NCBI GenBank assembly: GCA_964057225.1
Contig: OZ059895.1
Location: 12,648,001 to 12,712,000 of the forward strand
Direction of reading: 5' to 3'
Source of the DNA: Auanema rhodensis
Taxonomy: Eukaryota; Animalia; Nematoda
DNA: 64,000 bases
Positions 11,601 to 25,749 of the stretch are shown piece after piece. Under the pieces are notes generated by a model. The model saw nothing but the letters and a program-made list of their open reading frames with translations, was not told the origin of the DNA and searched no databases. The number at the start of each line of letters is the position of its first letter. Position 1 is the stretch's first letter. Both the position numbers and the translations under genes were made by a program.

Positions 11601-14198
11601 TTCTAAATAAAGCCAAGCCACCTGATTTAATAGGAAGACTATATTATTCATTTGTTGACGTTATTTATTCTCACAATAATTTCTTTGTTTATGTAAGAGT
11701 ATTCTTGGAAAAACCCTGTGATCAGGTGGCCGAGTGGTTAAGGCGATAGACTGCTAATCCATTGGGGTTTCCCCGCGTGAGTTCGAATCTCATCCTGATC
11801 GTTAGTTTTGTTTTTTATGACAACGGATGCTCCATTCAAACTATCATTTTCTAAATAAAGCCAAGCCACCTGATTTAATAGGAAGACTATATTATTCATT
11901 TGTTGATGTTATTTATTCTCACAATAGTTTCTTTGTTTATGTAAGAGTATTCTTGGAAAAACCCTGTGATCAGGTGGCCGAGTGGTTAAGGCGATGGACT
12001 GCTAATCCATTGGGGTTTCCCCGCGTGAGTTCGAATCTCATCCTGATCGTTAATTTTGTTTTTTATCACAACGGACGCTCCATTCAAACTATCATTTTCT
12101 AAATAAAGCCAAGCCACCTGATTTAATAGGAAGACTATATTATTCATTTGTTGACGTTATTTATTCTCACAATAATTTCTTTGTTTATGTAAGAGTATTC
12201 TTGGAAAAACCCTGTGATCAGGTGGCCGAGTGGTTAAGGCGATAGACTGCTAATCCATTGGGGTTTCCCCGCGTGAGTTCGAATCTCATCCTGATCGTTA
12301 GTTTTGTTTTTTATGACAACGGATGCTCCATTCAAACTATCATTTTCTAAATAAAGCCAAGCCACCTGATTTAATAGGAAGACTATATTATTCATTTGTT
12401 GATGTTATTTATTCTCACAATAGTTTCTTTGTTTATGTAAGAGTATTCTTGGAAAAACCCTGTGATCAGGTGGCCGAGTGGTTAAGGCGATGGACTGCTA
12501 ATCCATTGGGGTTTCCCCGCGTGAGTTCGAATCTCATCCTGATCGTTAGTTTTGTTTTTTATGACAACGGATGCTCCATTCAAACTATCATTTTCTAAAT
12601 AAAGCCAAGCCACCTGATTTAATAGGAAGACTATATTATTCATTTGTTGATGTTATTTATTCTCACAATAGTTTCTTTGTTTATGTAAGAGTATTCTTGG
12701 AAAAACCCTGTGATCAGGTGGCCGAGTGGTTAAGGCGATGGACTGCTAATCCATTGGGGTTTCCCCGCGTGAGTTCGAATCTCATCCTGATCGTTAGTTT
12801 TGTTTTTTATCACATCGGATGCTCCATTCAAACTATCATTTTCTAAATAACGCCAAGCCACCTGATTTAATAGAAAGATTTTATTATTCATTTGTTGACG
12901 TTATTTATTCTCACAATAATTTCTTTGTTTAAGTAAGAGTATTCTTGGAAAAACCCTGTGATCAGGTGGCCGAGTGGTTGAGGCGATGGACTGCTAATCC
13001 ATTGGGGTTTCCCCGCGTGAGTTCGAATCTCATCCTGATCGTTAATTTTGTTTTTTATCACAACGGAGGCTCCATTCAAACTATCCTTTTCTAAATAAAG
13101 CCAAGCCACCTGATTCAATAGAAAGACTTTATTATTCATTTGTTGACGTTATTTATTCTCACAATAATTTCTTTGTTTAAGTAAGAGTATTATTGGAAAA
13201 ACCCTGTGATCAGGTGGCCGAGTGGTTAAGGCGATAGACTGCTAATCCATTGGGGTTTCCCCGCGTGAGTTCGAATCTCATCCTGATCGTAAGTTTTGTT
13301 TTTTATGACAACGGATGCTCCATTCAAACTATCATTTTCTAAATAAAGCCAAGCCACCTGATTTAATAGGAAGACTATATTATTCATTTGTTGACGTTAT
13401 TTATTCTCACAATAATTTCTTTGTTTATGTAAGAGTATTCTTGGAAAAACCCTGTGATCAGGTGGCCGAGTGGTTAAGGCGATGGACTGCTAATCCATTG
13501 GGGTTTCCCCGCGTGAGTTCGAATCTCATCCTGATCGTTAGTTTTGTTTTTTATGACAACGGATGCTCCATTCAAACTATCATTTTCTAAATAAAACCAA
13601 GCCACCTGATTTAATAGGAAGACTATATTATTCATTTGTTGATGTTATTTATTCTCACAATAGTTTCTTTGTTTATGTAAGAGTATTCTTGGAAAAACCC
13701 TGTGATCAGGTGGCCGAGTGGTTAAGGCGATGGACTGCTAATCCATTGGGGTTTCCCCGCGTGAGTTCGAATCTCATCCTGATCGTTAGTCTTGTTTTTT
13801 ATGACAACGGATGCTCCATTCAGACTATCATTTTCTAAATAAAGCCAAGCCACCTGATTTAATAGGAAGACTTTTTTATTTGTTTGTTGACGATATTTGT
13901 TGTCACAATAATTTCTTTGTTTAAGTAAGAGTATTCTTGGAAAAACCCTTTGATCAGGTGGCCGAGTGGTTAAGGCGATGGACTGCTAATCCATTGGGGT
14001 TTCCCCGCGTGAGTTCGAATCTCATCCTGATCGTTAGTTTTGTTTTTTATGACAACGGATGCTCCATTCAAACTATCATTTTCTAAATAAAGCCAAGCCA
14101 CCTGATTTAATAGGAAGAATTTATTTTTTATTTGTTGAAATTATTTATTCTCACAATAATTTCTTTGTTTAAGTAAGAGTATTCTTGGAAAACCCTGT

Positions 14199-14274
14199 GA
14201 TCAGGTGGCCGAGTGGTTAAGGCGATGGACTGCTAATCCATTGGGGTTTCCCCGCGTGAGTTCGAATCTCATCC
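14199..14274 (+). pseudogene. 3'-truncated tRNA-Ser(GCT) at the inversion breakpoint (A and B boxes intact, terminator lost)
   Basis: Gene stops after ...CTCATCC, followed by AGTCC filler and inverted array sequence. Confidence 0.9.
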
Positions 14275-14336
14275 AGTCCTTATTTAGAAAATGATAGTTT
14301 GAATGGAGCGTCCGTTGTGATAAAAAACAAAATTAA

Positions 14337-14418
14337 CGATCAGGATGAGATTCGAACTCACGCGGGGAAACCCCAATGGATTAGCAGTCCATCGCCTTAA
14401 CCACTCGGCCACCTGATC
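14337..14418 (-). tRNA. tRNA-Ser(GCT), inverted copy
   Basis: Exact reverse complement of the consensus gene. Confidence 0.95.
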
Positions 14419-14584
14419 AAAGGGTTTTTCCAAGAATACTCTTACTTAAACAAAGAAATTATTGTGACAACAAATATCGTCAACAAACAAATAAAAAAGT
14501 CTTCCTATTAAATCAGGTGGCTTGGCTTTATTTAGAAAATGATAGTTTGAATGGAGCATCCGTTGTCATAAAAAACAAAACTAA

Positions 14585-14666
14585 CGATCAGGATGAGATT
14601 CGAACTCACGCGGGGAAACCCCAATGGATTAGCAGTCCATCGCCTTAACCACTCGGCCACCTGATC
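14585..14666 (-). tRNA. tRNA-Ser(GCT), inverted copy
   Basis: Exact reverse complement of the consensus gene, 248 bp from the previous one. Confidence 0.95.
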
Positions 14667-15601
14667 AAAGGGTTTTTCCAAGAATACTCTTACTTAAACA
14701 AAGAAATTATTGTGACAACAAATATCGTCAACAAACAAATAAAAAAGTCTTCCTATTAAATCAGGTGGCTTGGCTTTATTTAGAAAATGATAGTTTGAAT
14801 GGAGCATCCGTTGTCGTGAGTTCGAATCTCATCCTGATCGTTAGTTTTGTTTTTTATGACAACGGATGCTCCATTCAAACTATCATTTTCTAAATAAAGC
14901 CAAGCCACCTGATTTAATAGGAAGAATTTATTTTTTATTTGTTGAAATTATTTATTCTCACAATAATTTCTTTGTTTAAGTAAGAGTATTCTTGGAAAAC
15001 CCTGTGATCAGGTGGCCGAGTGGTTAAGGCGATGGACTGCTAATCCATTGGGGTTTCCCCGCGTGAGTTCGAATCTCATCCTGATCGTTAGTCTTGTTTT
15101 TTATGACAACGGATGCTCCATTCAGACTATCATTTTCTAAATAAAGCCAAGCCACCTGATTTAATAGGAAGACTTTTTTATTTGTTTGTTGACGATATTT
15201 GTTGTCACAATAATTTCTTTGTTTAAGTAAGAGTATTCTTGGAAAAACCCTTTGATCAGGTGGCCGAGTGGTTAAGGCGATGGACTGCTAATCCATTGGG
15301 GTTTCCCCGCGTGAGTTCGAATCTCATCCTGATCGTTAGTTTTGTTTTTTATGACAACGGATGCTCCATTCAAACTATCATTTTCTAAATAAAGCCAAGC
15401 CACCTGATTTAATAGGAAGAATTTATTATTTATTTGTTGAAATTGTTTATTCTCACAATAATTTCTTTGTTTAAGTAAGAGTATTCTTGGAAAAACCCTG
15501 TGATCAGGTGGCCGAGTGGTTAAGGCGATGGACTGCTAATCCATTGGGGTTTCCCCGCGTGAGTTCGAATCTCATCCTGATCGTTAGTTTTGTTTTTTAT
15601 G

Positions 15602-18600
15602 ACAACGGATGCTCCATTCAAACTATCATTTTCTGAATAAAGCCAAGCCACCTGATTTAATAGGAAGACTTTATTATTCATTTGTTGACGTTATTTATTC
15701 TCACAATAATTTCTTTGTTTAAGTAAGAGTATTCTTGGAAAAACCCTGTGATCAGGTGGCCGAGTGGTTAAGGCGATGGACTGCTAATCCATTGGGGTTT
15801 CCCCGCGTGAGTTCGAATCTCATCCTGATCGTTAATTTTGTTTTTTATCACAACGGACGCTCCATTCAAACTATCATTTTCTAAATAAAGCCAAGCCACC
15901 TGATTTAATAGGAAGACTATATTATTCATTTGTTGACGTTATTTATTCTCACAATAATTTCTTTGTTTATGTAAGAGTATTCTTGGAAAAACCCTGTGAT
16001 CAGGTGGCCGAGTGGTTAAGGCGATAGACTGCTAATCCATTGGGGTTTCCCCGCGTGAGTTCGAATCTCATCCTGATCGTTAGTTTTGTTTTTTATGACA
16101 ACGGATGCTCCATTCAAACTATCATTTTCTAAATAAAGCCAAGCCACCTGATTTAATAGGAAGACTATATTATTCATTTGTTGATGTTATTTATTCTCAC
16201 AATAGTTTCTTTGTTTATGTAAGAGTATTCTTGGAAAAACCCTGTGATCAGGTGGCCGAGTGGTTAAGGCGATGGACTGCTAATCCATTGGGGTTTCCCC
16301 GCGTGAGTTCGAATCTCATCCTGATCGTTAGTTTTGTTTTTTATGACAACGGATGCTCCATTCAAACTATCATTTTCTAAATAAAGCCAAGCCACCTGAT
16401 TTAATAGGAAGACTATATTATTCATTTGTTGATGTTATTTATTCTCACAATAGTTTCTTTGTTTATGTAAGAGTATTCTTGGAAAAACCCTGTGATCAGG
16501 TGGCCGAGTGGTTAAGGCGATGGACTGCTAATCCATTGGGGTTTCCCCGCGTGAGTTCGAATCTCATCCTGATCGTTAGTTTTGTTTTTTATGACAACGG
16601 ATGCTCCATTCAAACTATCATTTTCTAAATAAAGCCAAGCCACCTGATTTAATAGGAAGACTATATTATTCATTTGTTGATGTTATTTATTCTCACAATA
16701 GTTTCTTTGTTTATGTAAGAGTATTCTTGGAAAAACCCTGTGATCAGGTGGCCGAGTGGTTAAGGCGATGGACTGCTAATCCATTGGGGTTTCCCCGCGT
16801 GAGTTCGAATCTCATCCTGATCGTTAATTTTGTTTTTTATCACAACGGAGGCTCCATTCAAACTATCCTTTTCTAAATAAAGCCAAGCCACCTGATTCAA
16901 TAGAAAGACTTTATTATTCATTTGTTGACGTTATTTATTCTCACAATAATTTCTTTGTTTAAGTAAGAGTATTCTTGGAAAAACCCTGTGATCAGGTGGC
17001 CGAGTGGTTAAGGCGATAGACTGCTAATCCATTGGGGTTTCCCCGCGTGAGTTCGAATCTCATCCTGATCGTAAGTTTTGTTTTTTATGACAACGGATGC
17101 TCCATTCAAACTATCATTTTCTAAATAAAGCCAAGCCACCTGATTTAATAGGAAGACTATATTATTCATTTGTTGACGTTATTTATTCTCACAATAATTT
17201 CTTTGTTTATGTAAGAGTATTCTTGGAAAAACCCTGTGATCAGGTGGCCGAGTGGTTAAGGCGATGGACTGCTAATCCATTGGGGTTTCCCCGCGTGAGT
17301 TCGAATCTCATCCTGATCGTTAGTTTTGTTTTTTATGACAACGGATGCTCCATTCAAACTATCATTTTCTAAATAAAACCAAGCCACCTGATTTAATAGG
17401 AAGACTATATTATTCATTTGTTGATGTTATTTATTCTCACAATAGTTTCTTTGCTTATGTAAGAGTATTCTTGGAAAAACCCTGTGATCAGGTGGCCGAG
17501 TGGTTGAGGCGATGGACTGCTACTCCATTGGGGTTTCCCCGCGTGAGTTCGAATCTCATCCTGATCGTTAGTCTTGTTTTTTATGACAACGGATGCTCCA
17601 TTCAGACTATCATTTTCTAAATAAAGCCAAGCCACCTGATTTAATAGGAAGACTTTTTTATTTGTTTGTTGACGATATTTGTTGTCACAATAATTTCTTT
17701 GTTTAAGTAAGAGTATTCTTGGAAAAACCCTTTGATCAGGTGGCCGAGTGGTTAAGGCGATGGACTGCTAATCCATTGGGGTTTCCCCGCGTGAGTTCGA
17801 ATCTCATCCTGATCGTTAGTTTTGTTTTTTATGACAACGGATGCTCCATTCAAACTATCATTTTCTAAATAAAGCCAAGCCACCTGATTTAATAGGAAGA
17901 ATTTATTATTTATTTGTTGAAATTGTTTATTCTCACAATAATTTCTTTGTTTAAGTAAGAGTATTCTTGGAAAAACCCTGTGATCAGGTGGCCGAGTGGT
18001 TAAGGCGATGGACTGCTAATCCATTGGGGTTTCCCCGCGTGAGTTCGAATCTCATCCTGATCGTTAGTTTTGTTTTTTATGACAACGGATGCTCCATTCA
18101 AACTATCATTTTCTAAATAAAGCCAAGCCACCCGATTTAATAGGAAGAATTTATTTTTTATTTGTTGAAATTATTTATTCTCACAATAATTTCTTTGTTT
18201 AAGTAAGAGTATTCTTGGAAAACCCTGTGATCAGGTGGCCGAGTGGTTAAGGCGATGGACTGCTAATCCATTGGGGTTTCCCCGCGTGAGTTCGAATCTC
18301 ATCCTGATCGTTAATTTTGTTTTTTATGACAACGGATGCTCCATTCAAACTATCATTTTCTAAATAAAGCCAAGCCACCTGATTTAATAGGAAGACTTTT
18401 TTATTTGTTTGTTGACGATATTTGTTGTCACAATAATTTCTTTGTTTAAGTAAGAGTATTCTTGGAAAAACCCTGTGATCAGGTGGCCGAGTGGTTAAGG
18501 CGATGAACTGCTAATCCATTGGGGTTTCCCCGCGTGAGTTCGAATCTCATCCTGATCGTTAATTTTGTTTTTTATCACAACGGAGGCTCCATTCAAACTA

Positions 18601-21600
18601 TCCTTTTCTAAATAAAGCCAAGCCACCTGATTTAATAGAAAGATTTTATTATTCATTTGTTGACGTTATTTATTCTCACAATAATTTCTTTGTTTAAGTA
18701 AGAGTATTCTTGGAAAAACCCTGTGATCAGGTGGCCGAGTGGTTAAGGCGATGGACTGCTAATCCATTGGGGTTTCCCCGCGTGAGTTCGAATCTCATCC
18801 TGATCGTTAGTTTTGTTTTTTATCACATCGGATGCTCCATTCAAACTATCATTTTCTAAATAAAGCCAAGCCACCTGATTTAATAGAAAGATTTTATTAT
18901 TCATTTGTTGACGTTATTTATTCTCACAATAATTTCTTTGTTTAAGTAAGAGTATTCTTGGAAAAACCCTGTGATCAGGTGGCCGAGTGGTTAAGGCGAT
19001 GGACTGCTAATCCATTGGGGTTTCCCCGCGTGAGTTCGAATCTCATCCTGATCGTTAATTTTGTTTTTTATCACAACGGAGGCTCCATTCAAACTATCCT
19101 TTTCTAAATAAAGCCAAGCCACCTGATTTAATAGAAAGATTTTATTATTCATTTGTTGACGTTATTTATTCTCACAATAATTTCTTTGTTTAAGTAAGAG
19201 TATTCTTGGAAAAACCCTGTGATCAGGTGGCCGAGTGGTTAAGGCGATGGACTGCTAATCCATTGGGGTTTCCCCGCGTGAGTTCGAATCTCATCCTGAT
19301 CGTTAATTTTGTTTTTTATCACAACGGAGGCTCCATTCAAACTATCCTTTTCTAAATAAAGCCAAGCCACCTGATTTAATAGAAAGATTTTATTATTCAT
19401 TTGTTGACGTTATTTATTCTCACAATAATTTCTTTGTTTAAGTAAGAGTATTCTTGGAAAAACCCTGTGATCAGGTGGCCGAGTGGTTAAGGCGATGGAC
19501 TGCTAATCCATTGGGGTTTCCCCGCGTGAGTTCGAATCTCATCCTGATCGTTAATTTTGTTTTTTATCACAACGGAGGCTCCATTCAAACTATCCTTTTC
19601 TAAATAAAGCCAAGCCACCTGATTTAATAGAAAGATTTTATTATTCATTTGTTGACGTTATTTATTCTCACAATAATTTCTTTGTTTAAGTAAGAGTATT
19701 CTTGGAAAAACCCTGTGATCAGGTGGCCGAGTGGTTAAGGCGATGGACTGCTAATCCATTGGGGTTTCCCCGCGTGAGTTCGAATCTCATCCTGATCGTT
19801 AGTTTTGTTTTTTATGACAACGGATGCTCCATTCAAACTATCATTTTCTAAATAAAGCCAAGCCACCTGATTTAATAGGAAGATTTTTTTATTTGTTTGT
19901 TGACGATATTTGTTGTCACAATAATTTCTTTGTTTATGTAAGAGTATTCTTGGAAAAACCCTGTGATCAGGTGGCCGAGTGGTTAAGGCGATGGACTGCT
20001 AATCCATTGGGGTTTCCCCGCGTGAGTTCGAATCTCATCCTGATCGTTAGTTTTGTTTTTTATCACATCGGATGCTCCATTCAAACTATCATTTTCTAAA
20101 TAAAGCCAAGCCACCTGATTTAATAGAAAGACTTTATTATTCATTTGTTGACGTTATTTATTCTCACAATAATTTCTTTGTTTATGTAAGAGTATTCTTG
20201 GAAAAACCCTGTGATCAGGTGGCCGAGTGGTTAAGGCGATGGACTGCTAATCCATTGGGGTTTCCCCGCGTGAGTTCGAATCTCATCCTGATCGTTAGTT
20301 TTGTTTTTTATCACAACGGATGCTCCATTCAAACTATCATTTTCTGAATAAAGCCAAGCCACCTGATTTAATAGGAAGACTTTATTATTCATTTGTTGAC
20401 GTTATTTATTCTCACAATAATTTCTTTGTTTAAGTAAGAGTATTCTTGGAAAAACCCTGTGATCAGGTGGCCGAGTGGTTAAGGCGATGGACTGCTAATC
20501 CATTGGGGTTTCCCCGCGTGAGTTCGAATCTCATCCTGATCGTTAATTTTGTTTTTTATCACAACGGACGCTCCATTCAAACTATCATTTTCTAAATAAA
20601 GCCAAGCCACCTGATTTAATAGGAAGACTATATTATTCATTTGTTGACGTTATTTATTCTCACAATAATTTCTTTGTTTATGTAAGAGTATTCTTGGAAA
20701 AACCCTGTGATCAGGTGGCCGAGTGGTTAAGGCGATAGACTGCTAATCCATTGGGGTTTCCCCGCGTGAGTTCGAATCTCATCCTGATCGTTAGTTTTGT
20801 TTTTTATGACAACGGATGCTCCATTCAAACTATCATTTTCTAAATAAAGCCAAGCCACCTGATTTAATAGGAAGACTATATTATTCATTTGTTGATGTTA
20901 TTTATTCTCACAATAGTTTCTTTGTTTATGTAAGAGTATTCTTGGAAAAACCCTGTGATCAGGTGGCCGAGTGGTTAAGGCGATGGACTGCTAATCCATT
21001 GGGGTTTCCCCGCGTGAGTTCGAATCTCATCCTGATCGTTAGTTTTGTTTTTTATGACAACGGATGCTCCATTCAAACTATCATTTTCTAAATAAAGCCA
21101 AGCCACCTGATTTAATAGGAAGACTATATTATTCATTTGTTGATGTTATTTATTCTCACAATAGTTTCTTTGTTTATGTAAGAGTATTCTTGGAAAAACC
21201 CTGTGATCAGGTGGCCGAGTGGTTAAGGCGATGGACTGCTAATCCATTGGGGTTTCCCCGCGTGAGTTCGAATCTCATCCTGATCGTTAGTTTTGTTTTT
21301 TATGACAACGGATGCTCCATTCAAACTATCATTTTCTAAATAAAGCCAAGCCACCTGATTTAATAGGAAGACTATATTATTCATTTGTTGATGTTATTTA
21401 TTCTCACAATAGTTTCTTTGTTTATGTAAGAGTATTCTTGGAAAAACCCTGTGATCAGGTGGCCGAGTGGTTAAGGCGATGGACTGCTAATCCATTGGGG
21501 TTTCCCCGCGTGAGTTCGAATCTCATCCTGATCGTTAATTTTGTTTTTTATCACAACGGAGGCTCCATTCAAACTATCCTTTTCTAAATAAAGCCAAGCC

Positions 21601-24600
21601 ACCTGATTCAATAGAAAGACTTTATTATTCATTTGTTGACGTTATTTATTCTCACAATAATTTCTTTGTTTAAGTAAGAGTATTCTTGGAAAAACCCTGT
21701 GATCAGGTGGCCGAGTGGTTAAGGCGATAGACTGCTAATCCATTGGGGTTTCCCCGCGTGAGTTCGAATCTCATCCTGATCGTAAGTTTTGTTTTTTATG
21801 ACAACGGATGCTCCATTCAAACTATCATTTTCTAAATAAAGCCAAGCCACCTGATTTAATAGGAAGACTATATTATTCATTTGTTGACGTTATTTATTCT
21901 CACAATAATTTCTTTGTTTATGTAAGAGTATTCTTGGAAAAACCCTGTGATCAGGTGGCCGAGTGGTTAAGGCGATGGACTGCTAATCCATTGGGGTTTC
22001 CCCGCGTGAGTTCGAATCTCATCCTGATCGTTAGTTTTGTTTTTTATGACAACGGATGCTCCATTCAAACTATCATTTTCTAAATAAAACCAAGCCACCT
22101 GATTTAATAGGAAGACTATATTATTCATTTGTTGATGTTATTTATTCTCACAATAGTTTCTTTGCTTATGTAAGAGTATTCTTGGAAAAACCCTGTGATC
22201 AGGTGGCCGAGTGGTTGAGGCGATGGACTGCTACTCCATTGGGGTTTCCCCGCGTGAGTTCGAATCTCATCCTGATCGTTAGTCTTGTTTTTTATGACAA
22301 CGGATGCTCCATTCAGACTATCATTTTCTAAATAAAGCCAAGCCACCTGATTTAATAGGAAGACTTTTTTATTTGTTTGTTGACGATATTTGTTGTCACA
22401 ATAATTTCTTTGTTTAAGTAAGAGTATTCTTGGAAAAACCCTTTGATCAGGTGGCCGAGTGGTTAAGGCGATGGACTGCTAATCCATTGGGGTTTCCCCG
22501 CGTGAGTTCGAATCTCATCCTGATCGTTAGTTTTGTTTTTTATGACAACGGATGCTCCATTCAAACTATCATTTTCTAAATAAAGCCAAGCCACCTGATT
22601 TAATAGGAAGAATTTATTATTTATTTGTTGAAATTGTTTATTCTCACAATAATTTCTTTGTTTAAGTAAGAGTATTCTTGGAAAAACCCTGTGATCAGGT
22701 GGCCGAGTGGTTAAGGCGATGGACTGCTAATCCATTGGGGTTTCCCCGCGTGAGTTCGAATCTCATCCTGATCGTTAGTTTTGTTTTTTATGACAACGGA
22801 TGCTCCATTCAAACTATCATTTTCTAAATAAAGCCAAGCCACCCGATTTAATAGGAAGAATTTATTTTTTATTTGTTGAAATTATTTATTCTCACAATAA
22901 TTTCTTTGTTTAAGTAAGAGTATTCTTGGAAAACCCTGTGATCAGGTGGCCGAGTGGTTAAGGCGATGGACTGCTAATCCATTGGGGTTTCCCCGCGTGA
23001 GTTCGAATCTCATCCTGATCGTTAATTTTGTTTTTTATGACAACGGATGCTCCATTCAAACTATCATTTTCTAAATAAAGCCAAGCCACCTGATTTAATA
23101 GGAAGACTTTTTTATTTGTTTGTTGACGATATTTGTTGTCACAATAATTTCTTTGTTTAAGTAAGAGTATTCTTGGAAAAACCCTGTGATCAGGTGGCCG
23201 AGTGGTTAAGGCGATGAACTGCTAATCCATTGGGGTTTCCCCGCGTGAGTTCGAATCTCATCCTGATCGTTAATTTTGTTTTTTATCACAACGGAGGCTC
23301 CATTCAAACTATCCTTTTCTAAATAAAGCCAAGCCACCTGATTTAATAGAAAGATTTTATTATTCATTTGTTGACGTTATTTATTCTCACAATAATTTCT
23401 TTGTTTAAGTAAGAGTATTCTTGGAAAAACCCTGTGATCAGGTGGCCGAGTGGTTAAGGCGATGGACTGCTAATCCATTGGGGTTTCCCCGCGTGAGTTC
23501 GAATCTCATCCTGATCGTTAGTTTTGTTTTTTATCACATCGGATGCTCCATTCAAACTATCATTTTCTAAATAAAGCCAAGCCACCTGATTTAATAGAAA
23601 GATTTTATTATTCATTTGTTGACGTTATTTATTCTCACAATAATTTCTTTGTTTAAGTAAGAGTATTCTTGGAAAAACCCTGTGATCAGGTGGCCGAGTG
23701 GTTAAGGCGATGGACTGCTAATCCATTGGGGTTTCCCCGCGTGAGTTCGAATCTCATCCTGATCGTTAATTTTGTTTTTTATCACAACGGAGGCTCCATT
23801 CAAACTATCCTTTTCTAAATAAAGCCAAGCCACCTGATTTAATAGAAAGATTTTATTATTCATTTGTTGACGTTATTTATTCTCACAATAATTTCTTTGT
23901 TTAAGTAAGAGTATTCTTGGAAAAACCCTGTGATCAGGTGGCCGAGTGGTTAAGGCGATGGACTGCTAATCCATTGGGGTTTCCCCGCGTGAGTTCGAAT
24001 CTCATCCTGATCGTTAATTTTGTTTTTTATCACAACGGAGGCTCCATTCAAACTATCCTTTTCTAAATAAAGCCAAGCCACCTGATTTAATAGAAAGATT
24101 TTATTATTCATTTGTTGACGTTATTTATTCTCACAATAATTTCTTTGTTTAAGTAAGAGTATTCTTGGAAAAACCCTGTGATCAGGTGGCCGAGTGGTTA
24201 AGGCGATGGACTGCTAATCCATTGGGGTTTCCCCGCGTGAGTTCGAATCTCATCCTGATCGTTAATTTTGTTTTTTATCACAACGGAGGCTCCATTCAAA
24301 CTATCCTTTTCTAAATAAAGCCAAGCCACCTGATTTAATAGAAAGATTTTATTATTCATTTGTTGACGTTATTTATTCTCACAATAATTTCTTTGTTTAA
24401 GTAAGAGTATTCTTGGAAAAACCCTGTGATCAGGTGGCCGAGTGGTTAAGGCGATGGACTGCTAATCCATTGGGGTTTCCCCGCGTGAGTTCGAATCTCA
24501 TCCTGATCGTTAGTTTTGTTTTTTATGACAACGGATGCTCCATTCAAACTATCATTTTCTAAATAAAGCCAAGCCACCTGATTTAATAGGAAGATTTTTT

Positions 24601-25022
24601 TATTTGTTTGTTGACGATATTTGTTGTCACAATAATTTCTTTGTTTATGTAAGAGTATTCTTGGAAAAACCCTGTGATCAGGTGGCCGAGTGGTTAAGGC
24701 GATGGACTGCTAATCCATTGGGGTTTCCCCGCGTGAGTTCGAATCTCATCCTGATCGTTAGTTTTGTTTTTTATCACATCGGATGCTCCATTCAAACTAT
24801 CATTTTCTAAATAAAGCCAAGCCACCTGATTTAATAGAAAGACTTTATTATTCATTTGTTGACGTTATTTATTCTCACAATAATTTCTTTGTTTATGTAA
24901 GAGTATTCTTGGAAAAACCCTGTGATCAGGTGGCCGAGTGGTTAAGGCGATGGACTGCTAATCCATTGGGGTTTCCCCGCGTGAGTTCGAATCTCATCCT
25001 GATCGTTAGTTTTGTTTTTTAT
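15602..25022 (+). repeat. Higher-order tandem duplication, 2 x 4711 bp (19 units)
   Basis: Rare variants recur at a 4711 offset (GCTACTCC near 17521/22232, GATGAACT near 18506/23217; ORF-track pairs 16105/20816, 17345/22056, 19824/24535). Confidence 0.85.
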
Positions 25023-25667
25023 GACAACGGATGCTCCATTCAAACTATCATTTTCTAAATAAAGCCAAGCCACCTGATTTAATAGGAAGATTTTTTTATT
25101 TGTTTGTTGACGATATTTGTTGTCACAATAATTTCTTTGTTTATGTAAGAGTATTCTTGGAAAAACCCTGTGATCAGGTGGCCGAGTGGTTAAGGCGATG
25201 GACTGCTAATCCATTGGGGTTTCCCCGCGTGAGTTCGAATCTCATCCTGATCGTTAGTTTTGTTTTTTATCACATCGGATGCTCCATTCAAACTATCATT
25301 TTCTAAATAAAGCCAAGCCACCTGATTTAATAGAAAGACTTTATTATTCATTTGTTGACGTTATTTATTCTCACAATAATTTCTTTGTTTAAGTAAGAGT
25401 ATTCTTGGAAAAACCCTTTGATCAGGTGGCCGAGTGGTTAAGGCGATGGACTGCTAATCCATTGGGGTTTCCCCGCGTGAGTTCGAATCTCATCCTGATC
25501 GTTAGTTTTGTTTTTTATCACATCGGATGCTCCATTCAAACTATCATTTTCTAAATAAAGCCAAGCCACCTGATTTAATAGAAAGATTTTATTATTCATT
25601 TGTTGACGTTATTTATTCTCACAATAATTTCTTTGTTTAAGTAAGAGTATTCTTGGAAAAACCCTGT

Positions 25668-25749
25668 GATCAGGTGGCCGAGTGGTTAAGGCGATGGACT
25701 ACTAATCCATTGGGGTTTCCCCGCGTGAGTTCGAATCTCATCCTGATCG
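25668..25749 (+). tRNA. tRNA-Ser anticodon variant ACT
   Basis: Anticodon loop reads CT-ACT-AA (A at 25701); rest of the gene is consensus. Confidence 0.8.

Larger units (their letters stand above)
14280..14815 (-). repeat. 536-bp inverted segment of the tRNA array
   Basis: Reverse complement of about 2.2 array units; forward sequence resumes at 14815/14816 with GTGAGTTCGAATC. Confidence 0.95.
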
